Origin: Euglena gracilis
Taxonomy: Eukaryota
Reading direction: 5' to 3'
DNA length: 64,000 nt
Assembly (NCBI GenBank): GCA_039621445.1
Contig: CP154954.1
Location: forward strand, 48,401,847-48,465,846
Part shown: piece after piece, positions 25,101 through 37,489 of the stretch
Layout of the letters: every line of letters starts with the position of its first letter
Numbering within the stretch: the first letter of the stretch is position 1
The notes under the pieces: generated by a model
The model's database searches: none
Told to the model about the DNA's origin: nothing
What the model saw: the letters and a program-made list of their open reading frames with translations, nothing else
Translations under genes and position numbers: made by a program

Positions 25101-28100
25101 GCGCCATGTCCGCCCCCTGCGAGTGCGACGCTGCCAGCAGCCCCTTCAGCTCCGCCACCTGCGCCTCCACCGCCGACTGTCCCGCCGTGGCCTCCGCCAG
25201 CGCCGTGGTCAGCCGTGCACACTCCTCCCCCTGGGCCGCGAGCTGCCGCGCCATGTCCTGTGTCTGCTCCTCCGCTGCGCCGGCACCTGCCGGTCCAGCC
25301 AACCCCCCCTCCCCAACCATCCTCCAAAACCCTCAACTCCCACGCGGGCACGTTGTGGTCCTCAATCTCTATACAAGCCCGTCTCCCCACCCCCGCCGAG
25401 CCCCAGCAAACAACCTCCCAACGACCCCGGCACTCCCACCTGTCCCACAACGCGCGAGGGCACTCCGACCCCCACCCCAACTTCCTCCCGTGGCAGCTCT
25501 GGCCGTCCCATGCCCCGCCCCCCCCCCTCCCCAAGCAGAAAATGTTGGGCCTTCGGCAGTGGATCACCACTCACGCATTGCGGCTAGCTGGACAGTGGGG
25601 AGCGGGTTTTGGGACGGACGTGGCAAGGCACCCCATCTCTGGACCAGCAGGTGGTCAACTTTCGCTCCTTCCATCGCCTCGCACAAGCGACGCTGCTCCT
25701 CCGCCGCCTGCCCCTCCACCGCCGCAAGCGTCTGCCGAGCTGCTTCCGCCGCAGCGGCCATCTGCTCCTCCAGACCCGCCAGCTTGTCGCTCAGCAGTGC
25801 TGGCAGCCGGCCCCTTCACCCTTTGCACGTCCCCCCTGCGAGGTGCTGGAACCCACCGAGGGGCCACGTGAGGGCCTGCCCACTGCCCTGAGCCTGCTTT
25901 GAGCCCCACCCTCGCTGTGACCGCCGGGGGACCCTGGGTCGCTTTTCGTTCAGGGGAAGCACCCCCACCAGCCCGCCCACACCCGTGCTTTGGTGCTTGC
26001 AGCAGGCCAGCCCCAAAACGTCGGCAAATTATTCAAGGGGGGGGCAGTGCAGGACGGGGGGCGGGGGTTGTTCGAAAGAACCAGGGGAGGGAGGGATCGC
26101 CCCACCCAGCCCACCCCAACCCGCACCGGCAGCCCGCCCTCGCCAGTTTTGCCAGCGGCGAAGGGGCTCGGCTGGCCGTCGCCTCCTCCTCCTCCAGGCG
26201 TCCCTTCTCCGCCTCCATCTCGTGCAGCTGCTCCCGCAGCGCCACCATCTCCCGCGCCACGTCCGCCCCCTGCGAGTGCGACGCTGCCAGCAGCCCCTTC
26301 AGCTCCGCCACCTGCGCCTCCACCGCCGACTGTCCCGCCGTGGCCTCCGCCAGCGCCGTGGTCAGCCGTGCACACTCCTCCCCCTGGGCCGCGAGCTGCC
26401 GCGCCATGTCCTGTGTCTGCTCCTCCGCTGCGCCGGCACCTGCCGGTCCCGCCAAACCCCCCTCCCCAACCATCCTCCAAAACCCTCAACTCCCACGCGG
26501 GCACGTTGTGGCCCTCAATCTCTATAGAAGCCCGTCTCCCCACCCCCGCCGAGCCCCAGCAAACAACCTCCCAACGACCCCGGCACTCCCACCTGTCCCA
26601 CAACGCGCGAGGGCACTCCGAACCACCCCAACTTCCTCCCGTGGCAGCTCTGGCCGTCCCATGCCCCCGCCCCTGCCCCCTCCCCGAGCAAAGAAAAAAT
26701 GTTGGGCCCTCGGCAGTGGATCACCACTCACGCATTGCGGCTAGCTGGACAGTGGGGAGCGGGTTTTGGGACGGACGTGGCAAGGCACCCCATCCCTGGA
26801 CCATCAGGTGGTCAACTTTCGCTCCTTCCATCGCCTCGCACAAGCGACGCTGCTCCTCCGCCGCCTGCCCCTCCACCGCCGCAAGCGTCTGCCGAGCTGC
26901 TTCCGCCGCAGCGGCCATCTGCTCCTCCAGACCCGCCAGCTTGTCGCTCAGCAGTGCTGGCAGCCGGCCCCTTCACCCTTTGCACGTCCCCCCTGCGAGG
27001 TGCTGGAACCCACCGAGGGGCCACGTGAGGGCCTGCCCACTGCCCTGAGCCTGCTTTGAGCCCCACCCTCGCCGGGGGACCCTGGGTCGCTTTTCGTTCA
27101 GGGGAAGCACCCCCACCAGCCCGCCCACACCCGTGCTTTGGTGCTTGCAGCAGGCCAGCCCCAAAACGTCGGCAAATTATTCAAGGGGGGGGCAGTGCAG
27201 GACGGGGGGCGGGGGTTGTTCGAAAGAACCAGGGGAGGGAGGGATCGCCCCACCCAGCCCACCCCAACATGCACCGGCAGCCCTCGCCAGTTTTGCCAGC
27301 GGCGAAGGGGCTCGGCTGGCCGTCGCCTCCTCCTCCAGGCGTCCCTTCTCCGCCTCCATCTCGTGCAGCTGCTCCCGCAGCGCCACCATCTCCCGCGCCA
27401 TGTCCGCCCCCTGCGAGTGCGACGCTGCCAGCAGCCCCTTCAGCTCCGCCACCTGCGCCTCCACCGCCGACTGTCCCGCCGTGGCCTCCGCCAGCGCCGT
27501 GGTCAGCCGTGCACACTCCTCCCCTTGGGCCGCGAGCTGCCGCGCCATGTCCTGTGTCTGCTCCTCCGCTGCGCCGGCACCTGCCGGTCCAGCCAACCCC
27601 CCCCCCCAACAACCATCCTCCAAAACCCTCAACTCCCACGCGGGCACGTTGTGGTCCTCAATCTCTATACAAGCCCGTCTCCCCACCCCCGCCGAGCCCC
27701 AGCAAACAACCTCCCAACGACCCCGGCACTCCCACCTGTCCCACAACGCGCGAGGGCACTCCGACCCCCACCCCAACTTCCTCCTGTGGCAGCTCTGGCC
27801 GTCCCATGCCCCCGCCCCTCCCCCCTCCCCGAGCAAAGAAAATGTTGGGCCCTCGGCAGTGGATCACCACTCACGCATTGCGGCTAGCTGGACGGTGGGG
27901 AGCGGGTTTTGGGACGGGCGTGGCAAGGCACCCCATCCCTGGACCAGCAGGTGGTCAACTTTCGCTCCTTCCATCGCCTCGCACAAGCGACGCTGCTCCT
28001 CCGCCGCCTGCCCCTCCACCGCCGCAAGCGTCTGTCGAGCTGCTTCCGCCGCAGCGGCCATCTGCTCCTCCAGACCCGCCAGCTTGTCGCTCAGCAGTGC

Positions 28101-31100
28101 TGGCAGCCGGCCCCTTCACCCTTTGCACGTCCCCCCTGCGAGGTGCTGGAACCCACCGAGGGGCCACGTGAGGGCCTGCCCACTGCCCTGAGCCTGCTTT
28201 GAGCCCCACCCTCGCTGTGACCGCCGGGGGACCCTGGGTCGCTTTTCGTTCAGGGGAAGCACCCCCACCAGCCCGCCCACACCCGTGCTTTGGTGCTTGC
28301 AACAGGCCAGCCCCAAAACGTCGGCAAATTATTCAAGGGGGGGCAGTGCAGGACGGGGGGCGGGGGTTGTTCGAAAGAACCAGGGGAGGGAGGGATCGCC
28401 CCACCCAGCCCACCCCAACATGCACCGGCAGCCCTCGCCAGTTTTGCCAGCGGCGAAGGGGCTCGGCTGGCCGTCGCCTCCTCCTCCAGGCGTCCCTTCT
28501 CCGCCTCCATCTCGTGCAGCTGCTCCCGCAGCGCCACCATCTCCCGCGCCACGTCCAGGCACCTATGGTCACTTCCCATTTTGGTGCTCTGGTCGGCCCT
28601 GGTCGGCCCTGGTCGGCCCTGGTCGGCCCTGGTCGGCCCTGGTCGGCCCTGGTGTGCAAATAGTCGGCCATAGGTGGGGGTATCCGTCACAGAAAAAAAA
28701 GATTGTGAAAAATAACCCAAAATTACCAAAAGAGCACAAAATGGCCAAAATGCCATAAAATATGCTCATATTGACCCAAATTAGCCCAATATTTGCCAAA
28801 TCAGTGACTGCGGTCAGCTGAAAATGGTTAAAAATGGCCAAAAGTGGGCAAAGGCCAAAGAAAAGCTGTTTTGGCCACTGTTTTTGCAAATCCAGAAGCT
28901 GCACCTGGGGCAAAATGCTCAAAAATGGTCAAATTGGACCAAAAAGAGACCAAAAAAAATGGGCAAAATAAAAAAAAAGGCCGAAAATGGCTTTAAATGG
29001 TCAAAAATGGCCCAAGAGCAGGACAAAATGGCCCAAAATTACAAGAAGTGCGCAAAAAATGGCCAAAAATGGTCAAAATAGGTCAAAATTGGTGAATTAT
29101 GGTGACAAATGGGCCAATAGGGGACAAAAGCGACCTAAAATGGCCAAAAGCGACCAAAAGCAGCCAAAAGTGACAGCATGAGCCAGATGAGCCAGAAAAA
29201 TCTCAAAATCTGGGATAAAAATGAGCCTAATTCCTCACTCTCACTGAAAAATTGACATCAATTAGGAAAAAGTTGCGCGGTCGGGTGCGTTCGGGTGCGT
29301 TCGGCTGCGGTCGGCTGCGGTAACCCGCGGTCGATGCTGCCGGGCCAGCATCGCCCTGCATCGCCCAGCATCGCCCAGCATCATCAGAGGTGCTTGGTCC
29401 AGAGGGAAAGCTGCTGAATTCCTTCATCCATTCCCCTTCCGTCGCCAACCACATGCAAGTCGGCCCTGGTCGGCCCTGGTCGGCCCTGGTCGGCCCTGGT
29501 CGGAACCCCCACCTACGGGGGTCCTGAAACTCATAGTCGGCCCTGGTCGGCCCTGGTCGGCCCTGGTCGGCCCTGGTCGGCCATAGGTGCCTGGCCACGT
29601 CCGCCCCCTGCGAGTGCGACGCTGCCAGCAGCCCCTTCAGCTCCGCCAGCTGCTCTTCTGCCATTGTTCTTTCGTTCTTTCCTCTTTCCAGATCAGCGGC
29701 GTGCACCTGCCTTCCTTGGCGTGCGGATTTTCATCAGACCTTTCATATATGTATTTCTCTGAATTTTATTTTGGTTCATTTCCTCGGTACTGGTTAACTT
29801 ATTGGTACTGTGAAGGATCTAGAGTATTGAGACCAACTTCCTTACTTCCTGACTGTCAGGTCTATTTTGAAATATATTTTTGCTCAAATTAATCGACCTT
29901 AATCTTAAACCACTTGAAACATTGCGTATATTTAAAAAAAATGATAACGGTTATTGCTAATATCCGATCTTGCCTTTTGCAAAAATGGTAAGCCATTGAC
30001 ATATTATAAGCTCCGATGGTTTATTTGGCACAATCAGCCATTTTCGGACAATTTCGACCATTTTTGAGCCATTTTGGACCCTTTTTTTTTTACCACTTTC
30101 TGGTTACTTCGTCCATTTTCAACAAATCGGTTTGATTTTATGATGAAAAATGGCCCCAAATGACAAAAAAAATATGCCAAAAATGCCAAAAAAAAATAAC
30201 CAATGGTCGTCCAAACAGGGCCAAAATTGGCCCATAGTGTCTGAGAGTGGCATGAAAATGGTTGGAGAAAGCCAAAAATGGCCCCCAAAAAATAAATGGT
30301 CAAAACATACGGGAATGGAAGAGGCAGCGGGAAAATCCTGAAAAGACGTTCAAATGTGAGCTAAATATGCGTAAAATATGCGAAATGTGCACATGGCAAA
30401 ACCTTCAGAAATACTACATGAAACCTCACACACTTGACTTGAAAAAGATGGGTATCGGCCGTAAGGGTTTGAGCAAGCGTAGCAAACTGCAGTCATACGG
30501 CAGCCGCCTGGTCAGCCAGCAGCCGGCACCTTTCCTTTGCTGCCTCACGGATCTCCCCCTGCACCCCTTCCTGGCGCCGCTGCAGGCCCTCCACCGTGGC
30601 GGAGAGCCCGTCGACGGTGCGCCGCAGCTCCTGTGCCTCCCGCTGGGCGTGGCTTGCCGGCAGGGGTCGCCGCGGCAGGCGACCCCCACTCCGACAAATA
30701 CGTGGCGGCACACTTCCAGAAACGGTCACGTGTTAGGACGGGAACAAAAATCACCCCCCCAAAAAATGGGACAAAACTGTACAAAAAAAAATGGTGAAAG
30801 TGGCCCAGTCTGGTCAAAAACTGGGTCGAATTGCCCAAGGTTGGCCAAACTCTGTATAGGCGGCCCAAAATTCCCCAAAATGGTCAAAAAAACGGAAGCA
30901 GGCGTAATCCCAGTTGGGCGGTGCGGTGCGCACTTTTCAGGGAGGAAGCTTCGGACCCCCGCAGTGCACACTCATCGGGGGGGGGGGGGGGGGTACAATT
31001 GCGACGGTGCGCATTCATTTCGGGGGGTCCATCAGGGCGGGGCCCGCTCTCCACCCCCCCCCTGAACAGTTGCCCCCATCGGGGCGCCCCCTGCGCAGCC

Positions 31101-34100
31101 GGTCCGTCAGCCGGGCCCTCTCCTGCTCCCAAGCCGCTGCCTCCTGCGCAGCGCGCCCGGCGGCGGCCGCCAACTGTCGGGAGAGGGCCGGCGCCGCAGG
31201 GCCGCCGTCGCTGGCCTGGCCGGGGGGGGCAGGGTTGGGGCGGGAAGGCGGGGGCGGGCCAATCAGAACTTCCAGGCCACGAGCGTCCCCGAATCTTTTC
31301 CAACTCTTTGGGTTGATTGCTGATCACCGTAGGGCTTCGGGGGTGGTTTGATGCATGGTTTAGGTGTAAGGCATATGCGCACAGCTGGGGGGGGGGGTCA
31401 GGGGTTTTTTTAAGACTGGGGGGGAGGGGGGGGGGTCCCGCCCCGGCCCCCCCCCTTGGGCGGGGGGCCGCCCCGGGGGGGGTCCCGGGGAAAAAAAAAA
31501 TCGCGATGAAAAATAGAAAAATGAATTGCTGCGCCAAAAGCTGATCCCCCCCCCTCCGGGGGGGGCCCCCCCGGGGGGGGGGGGGGGGAACTGGGCGGAA
31601 CCAACCCTATCCCTCCCCCGGGGACTTAAATCCCTGGGGGGGGTGCAAGGGGTCTGAGTTGGTCGGTGGGGTTTTTGAAGACGCAGCGCGGGGGGAGGGG
31701 GAACAGGAGCAGGGGGTGCTTCAGACACAGCATTGTGTGAGAGTTCCAAGCCACAAAACACTGTGGCTTTGCTTCAACTGAACCCCAGCCTTCGATGGTG
31801 AGTCACTGTTGCGAGGGTGGGGTGTGCTGTGGATGCATGGGACCATAACCCTTGCCCTTTGGTGCATGACCTCATCAGGGGAGGGGCTTGTCCCAGTCAG
31901 AATCTTCCAAATTATGAAAAAGAGTTTGCCAAAAAAATTTCGATTTTTGAGAACAATCGACAGGGTGGTCCATAAGCAAAAAAAAAACTCTGATGTCCGA
32001 CCACGACCACATGATGAATGAAAAATATTCAGAGGAAGAATGGCCAAAAAAATGGCCATATTTTGGCAAAACAGGTCCACATCTGGAAAAAAAAAAGTGA
32101 TTTCTGGCATCCTTGGACAATCGCCAAACCAGCCAGAGACTCAAAAAATGAGTTTTTCGACTTTTAATTTTTGACACTGTTTGAGTCCCAGTTTGGCCTT
32201 GGTGGCTCCTTTCCAAGAAAAAAGCCCTGTCCCTCTTGGAACGCCCTGGGGCGAATGACCCATTTTTGTGCAAGCCTCGCGAGAGAAGGGGTTGTGTGCC
32301 CTCCAAAACTATTTAATCCAGAGTGGTCCAATTTGTTCAATGACAGTGGTCCCGCGAGTGCCGCACGCTCCTCAGCCTCCTGCAGCCGCGCCGAGGAGGA
32401 GTGATGGGCACCCGCAAGCTGTTCCTCTGCGGCCTGCAGGCGGCGCCACCGTGTTGCTGTGGTGGCTGTGAGCCTTGCCAGGGAAATGGGGAAATTGGAG
32501 GGCATTTTGATATTGAGAGCCAAAAAACAATATTACAGAGCCATGAGCGTGAGGCGAAGGAGTTGTGCCACAAAATAAATGCTCTTTTAAATTGTAAATT
32601 CTCAAATTAAAATTGTAAATTTTAAATTCAAATTCAAATTCAATTTTATAAATAACGTTTCAATTTAAATTTTCTTTCACAGGTAGGATGCAAGCAAGCT
32701 GCCTTTAGATGTGGTGTGAAAATGCTTTCCAGTCAGCATGACCTTCACGTGTCGCACAGGCGAACTCATCATTCGGGAAGGAAAACAAAACATTGCGGGA
32801 TATTCTGCTGCACTTTGCATCGAGGAAACATGGGTGCCGTGGCTTGCAACTGTGGCTGCACACCCAGGTCACTTCAATTTTCCTTGCAGCACACATCTTT
32901 CATACAAGGGGGGGGGGGGTGAAAATGCTTCAATGTATTCCGCGCTTACACAGTTTGAGGTGATCAAACTTCGGGGATGGTCAGTGACAAACGGTGAATT
33001 CGAAAAATTCTTCATTGTTCGGAATTGCTTCTTTTTGCATTTTAGCAACATCTCGGCAGATCGGCAGAAGGGGGTCCCTTCAACCCTGCCTCAATGGGCC
33101 GCCCCCAACCATCCACCACCCACAGGGTTTCGGGGATCCCCGTTCAGCCCTGCGCCCGCCCACCACGCCGTCCTTGGGGAGCAACGCGGCGAGTGGGCCC
33201 GAAGGTCCGCCACCGCGGCCTCGCGGGCGGCGGCCGTCATCTCCGCCTCCCCGAGCTCGTCCTGCAGCGTCCCCCGCAGCCGCTGCTCCCCCGCCAGCTC
33301 CGCCTCCAGCGCGCGGCACCGCTCCGCCGCCGGCAGGGCCGTTCGCGGTGGCCCCGCAATGCCAACCCCCCAAACTGTAATATGTGCCGGATGGACCCCG
33401 ATGGATCGCCGGGGCCGCACAAGCCATCATCGGAGTACGGAGGGCAGCGTGGGAGACGATTGCAACATCGGGAGCGGCCCCGGGCATGTCCGCCAGCCGC
33501 TGGTCGGCCTCGGCGTGCCGGCCCTCCGCGGCCGCCAGCTGGGCGGCGTGCTGCGCCGCAGTCGCCGCCTGCAGTGCCGCCCACTGCGCCTCGTGGGCCG
33601 CGAGCCGGTCGGCGGCCTCCCACCCGCCAGCCCGCTGCGCCAATGGGAGAACACAACCTTTCGCACTGGGGACCCGACCGTGGCCAGAGGACCAAAACTG
33701 CAATTGTGGCGGTCTTGTGTTGCTGGTACTTTCCAGACGGGCATTTTGTAGGGCCAAGTGACTCCAGTCTGGAAAAAAAAAGTGCCGGCAACCGCGGGGG
33801 CTCTCAAAGATCGAAAGAAAAAAATGAAATAAAATCACAATTTGGGCTGCGGGAAACCAAGGCGAAACGGACGGCTCCGGCGGTGTGAAATTAAGTGTGA
33901 AATGGGCAACATTGTGAGGTCTTTTTAAGTCGTCGTTTTCACCCCCCTTTGTCTGAGCACTGGAAATGATGGGTAAGAACCGGGGGGTGCTCAATTTTCC
34001 AAACATGGGGGTGGTGCTTAGACAAGGGGGAAATTTTTGACAGCAAAAAAATCTGGTGTTTCGCGCCGAAAAGGAAATGTTTCTCCTATTTTGATGGTCC

Positions 34101-37100
34101 ACTGCTGCACTTGGATGCAAAAATCAACCATGTCCCACCAAATCAGGCTTCAAAAGCTTCTAAATTTTCAAATATTTCGAGAAACTTTCCCTAAAGCGCG
34201 CACAAAATAAGTCTCCCCGAGAAGATGACCTTTGAGAAGATGGGTAAGAACCAGGGGGTGGTGCTTAGACAAGGGTGGTGGTTAAACAAGGGGGGGGGAG
34301 GTAAATTGGTCCTCCGCCATGCCCCGTGCCCCCCCCCAACAGCAAACCAACCAGGGGTCCATACCCGCAGGAGGCCAGGGGCCTGGCGGTCTGCATGCGC
34401 CCGCTCCCTGGCTTGCGTGGCGCCGGCCGCCTCCGCTGCCGCGAGGGCCCGCAGGCGCTCCCGCAGGGCGGCCGCCTCGCGCTGTGCCTCCGCGAGCTGT
34501 CCCCGCAGTCCGCCCGCCTGCCGCTCCGCCTCCCGTTGGCCCCACTCCGCCTCGTCCCGCTGCTGCTCTGCCCGGCGGAGGGCGGCGGTGCGGGCACCCG
34601 GGCTGGCGGAAGGGCAGGGGGGGGGGGTCTCTGGTGCCTAACGGCACATCCGAAACTGGCAAAAAAAGATGGGACAAAAAAGTGGGCTGCCAAAGCTGTT
34701 CTTCGACAAAAAAAAAAAAAAGGAAAAATGCCACCCAGCAGCATGGAAGAGGAAAAGGGAGGGGGTACGTTGTCTGGCCGGTACCCCTTCGCAGGTTCAC
34801 CCCCCATCCACGGTCAATAAAGGGGGGGTATCCTGGCTGGGGACTGGCGCTGCAGAGCGTGGCCAGCCCGGCCTTCAACGCCTCCAAGCCCCTCCCCAAC
34901 GGCCCCCCTCCCCGGTGGGGGGTCCACCGCCAGCCGGGTGGGCGGTCGCGCCGTGCGCCTCTGCCTGGGCCAGCAGCTCCACCGCCTGCCGCTGGGCGGC
35001 CGCCAGCTCCTCGCGCAGGATTGCTGTGCAGGGCGGAATGGGGAGGGGGGAGGGCGGGCCGGCGCCCCCCGCAAGGCGATCCGGGGGTGACCGAAGCAAG
35101 CAAGCCTTGCCATCCCCGGATCTTCGTTGGTGTTGGGGGGGGGGGGAAATATTTTTGACAACGGCAGATCAGCACCGGGGACAAAAGTGGTTTCTGGTGC
35201 CCTTCGAACACTTCTCATCCAATGAAAAAAGGGGGGGGACTGGTTTGCGTTTCCTGTTTGGGATTTTGACCCAGCCTCGGGTCGCCCGTTTTTCTTTGCT
35301 TCTTTTGGTTTATGGAGAACATTAAGGAATACCTTTGAGAAGATAAAAAACCTCATTCCCTTAACTGCATGCCAAACGGGGATCCCATGCCGGTCCCATT
35401 GGGCCCTGGCGTTGCCGCCTGCTCCGCAGCTGCACGCCGGGTCTCAGCTGATTGCAGGCAACTGCAGCCACCCTGGGCAGCAGATGGGCGTCCCCATGCC
35501 ATTGGGTGCAAGCCCACCCCCTGTGTGCACTGTGGCGGTTTGTGTGGTGCCTTTCGTAGCCCTCTTTGGCCTGGCTGGATTCCGCCTCTGTCTGTGGACT
35601 CCGTCTTGTTGGCTGTGTGCGTGGAGGGGGCCGGGGCAGGGCAAGACCTCTTTTTTCCTGCACCAGCCACCAAGCGGCTACCAGACACATTCCCCACTGT
35701 GTGCATGCCCTTCCCCCCCCCCAAGACAAGCAAACCCTCGCTGGAAGACAAAAACTGACCCCTCAAGGCAGGGCTGCACGGGAGGGCTGGCGGGGGGGGG
35801 GGGGCAGACTCCCCATCCAGGCGGAGGGTGGAGGTGGAGGCGGGAGGGGGTCGCACTTCACAAAAAAATTGATTGGTGAGGAAGGTGCCAAGGAGATTCT
35901 GGACACAAAAATAGGGCCCTTGAAAATAGGAAGGGTGGGGGGTCGACCCCACCCACACCCAAAGGGTTTCCGGCTTTCACCCTAGTCAGCCCTAGTCAGC
36001 GAGTTCTCAGTCATCCTCCCACACACATGCCATTCAGAATGTTTGGCTGATCTTTTGTGTCAAATTTCAAAATGCACAGTGCCAACAGTTGCGTCGGATC
36101 GCCCTGCAAGACAACGCAAACCATAGCAACCCTTGCCACCCGTTGCCGCGATCCAAAACTAAACCATTGTGGGCGAAGGGCTGGCTGGCCGACCCGTACA
36201 GGCCGCCAGCTCCCGGGCGTGCGCCGCCACCTCCGCCTCACCATCGCGGACCTTCGCCTCCAGGGCCCCGATTTCCTTCGCCAACGTTCTCTCCTTCACC
36301 ACCGTCAGCTCCTTCAACTGGAAGCCAGTGCTCTCCCAGAGTCCACGTCACGTGACAAACGGCACACGGCGCGCGTGGAATTCACCGTCTGTTGCTCATC
36401 ATTCCACGGACGACGTTTGTCCGTTGAAAGAAAAAGGGAACCGGCGTTTCAACACAAATCAGCCTGCCGCGTGGGCACACAGCTTCCACTTCACACTCGC
36501 AACGCAGGCAGACAACCTATACCACCAATGCAATATACAATTGTATACACAATTGTATATTGTATATACAGTTGTATTTCCAATATGTGTGTTTATATTA
36601 TAATACAATACATGCATATATAATTGTAATATGTACGGCAGCGAGATTCCACTGGGCCACCCTGGAGGAGCCAAATAGAATCTCCAGGGGGGTTTCGCGA
36701 AAAGTTTTGCGTTATGAATGGAATGGGGTTAGGGTTTGGAGTTCGGCCTAACTTTAGGCCTAACTTATGGACGGGTGTTAGGTGTACAAGTCAGGCCTAA
36801 AGTTAGGCCGAACTCCTAACCATACATCTCTTTAAGGACCCGGGGGGGGGGGGTTGCTGGGCTAGGGCTAGAAATTTGGGCCGGCGAGCCCCCCCCCGGG
36901 GGGGGGGGGGGGGCTGGACCCCGGCTGGACCCGAACCGGGGCGAGCTGGACTGAAATCGGAAAAATGCCCAAAAATGACCTGCAGAACACAGTTTTGAAA
37001 AAAATGATGCATCTGAAACCCCGCAAAAATGCCCCAAACGCCCCCCAAACCCCATTTTTGGCCACTTTTGAACACAGTTTTTCAAAAAAATTTCGGCGCT

Positions 37101-37424
37101 TTGCGCCGAAAACTTTTGGGCTGGACCCCCAAAAAGGGCTGGCTAGCTAGGGCTAGCAGCACCCCCCCCCCCCGGGGGGAGGGGGCTGCTGCGGCTGGGC
37201 TGGGCCCAAATCGGGGCTGGCTGCAGCCGCCCCCCCAGGGGGGGGGTCGCAAAACCTCAGAGAGATGTATGCTCCTAACCCTAACCCTGCTCCATCGTTA
37301 ACGTAAAAAGAAATTTGGACCCCCTGGAGATTCTACTTGGCCCCCCGGGGGGGGGGGGTCAAGTAGAATCTCGCTGCCAATCTCGCTGCTGTGTGTGTGT
37401 GTGTGTGTGTACACACACACACAC

Positions 37425-37489
<65 letters not shown>

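Larger units (their letters stand above)
10472..29648 (-). repeat. Intragenic tandem array of a ~1.15 kb unit (exon B 263 nt, intron ~384 nt, exon A 154 nt, intron ~354 nt): 15 exon-A copies, 14 full exon-B copies plus one interrupted/partial B
   Basis: Near-identical sequence recurs with exon A starting at about 10475, 11625, 12776, 13924, 16052, 17210, 18750, 19910, 21061, 22214, 23357, 24507, 25645, 26802 and 27945. A+B = 417 nt = 139 codons. Confidence 0.95.

Noticed and set aside
10729-28758. Long plus-strand Pro/Ser/Arg-rich ORFs (250-475 aa) in the ORF track
   Set aside because: These are antisense shadows of GC-rich minus-strand exons. They switch frame between repeat copies at homopolymer indels, while the minus-strand exon frames are conserved.
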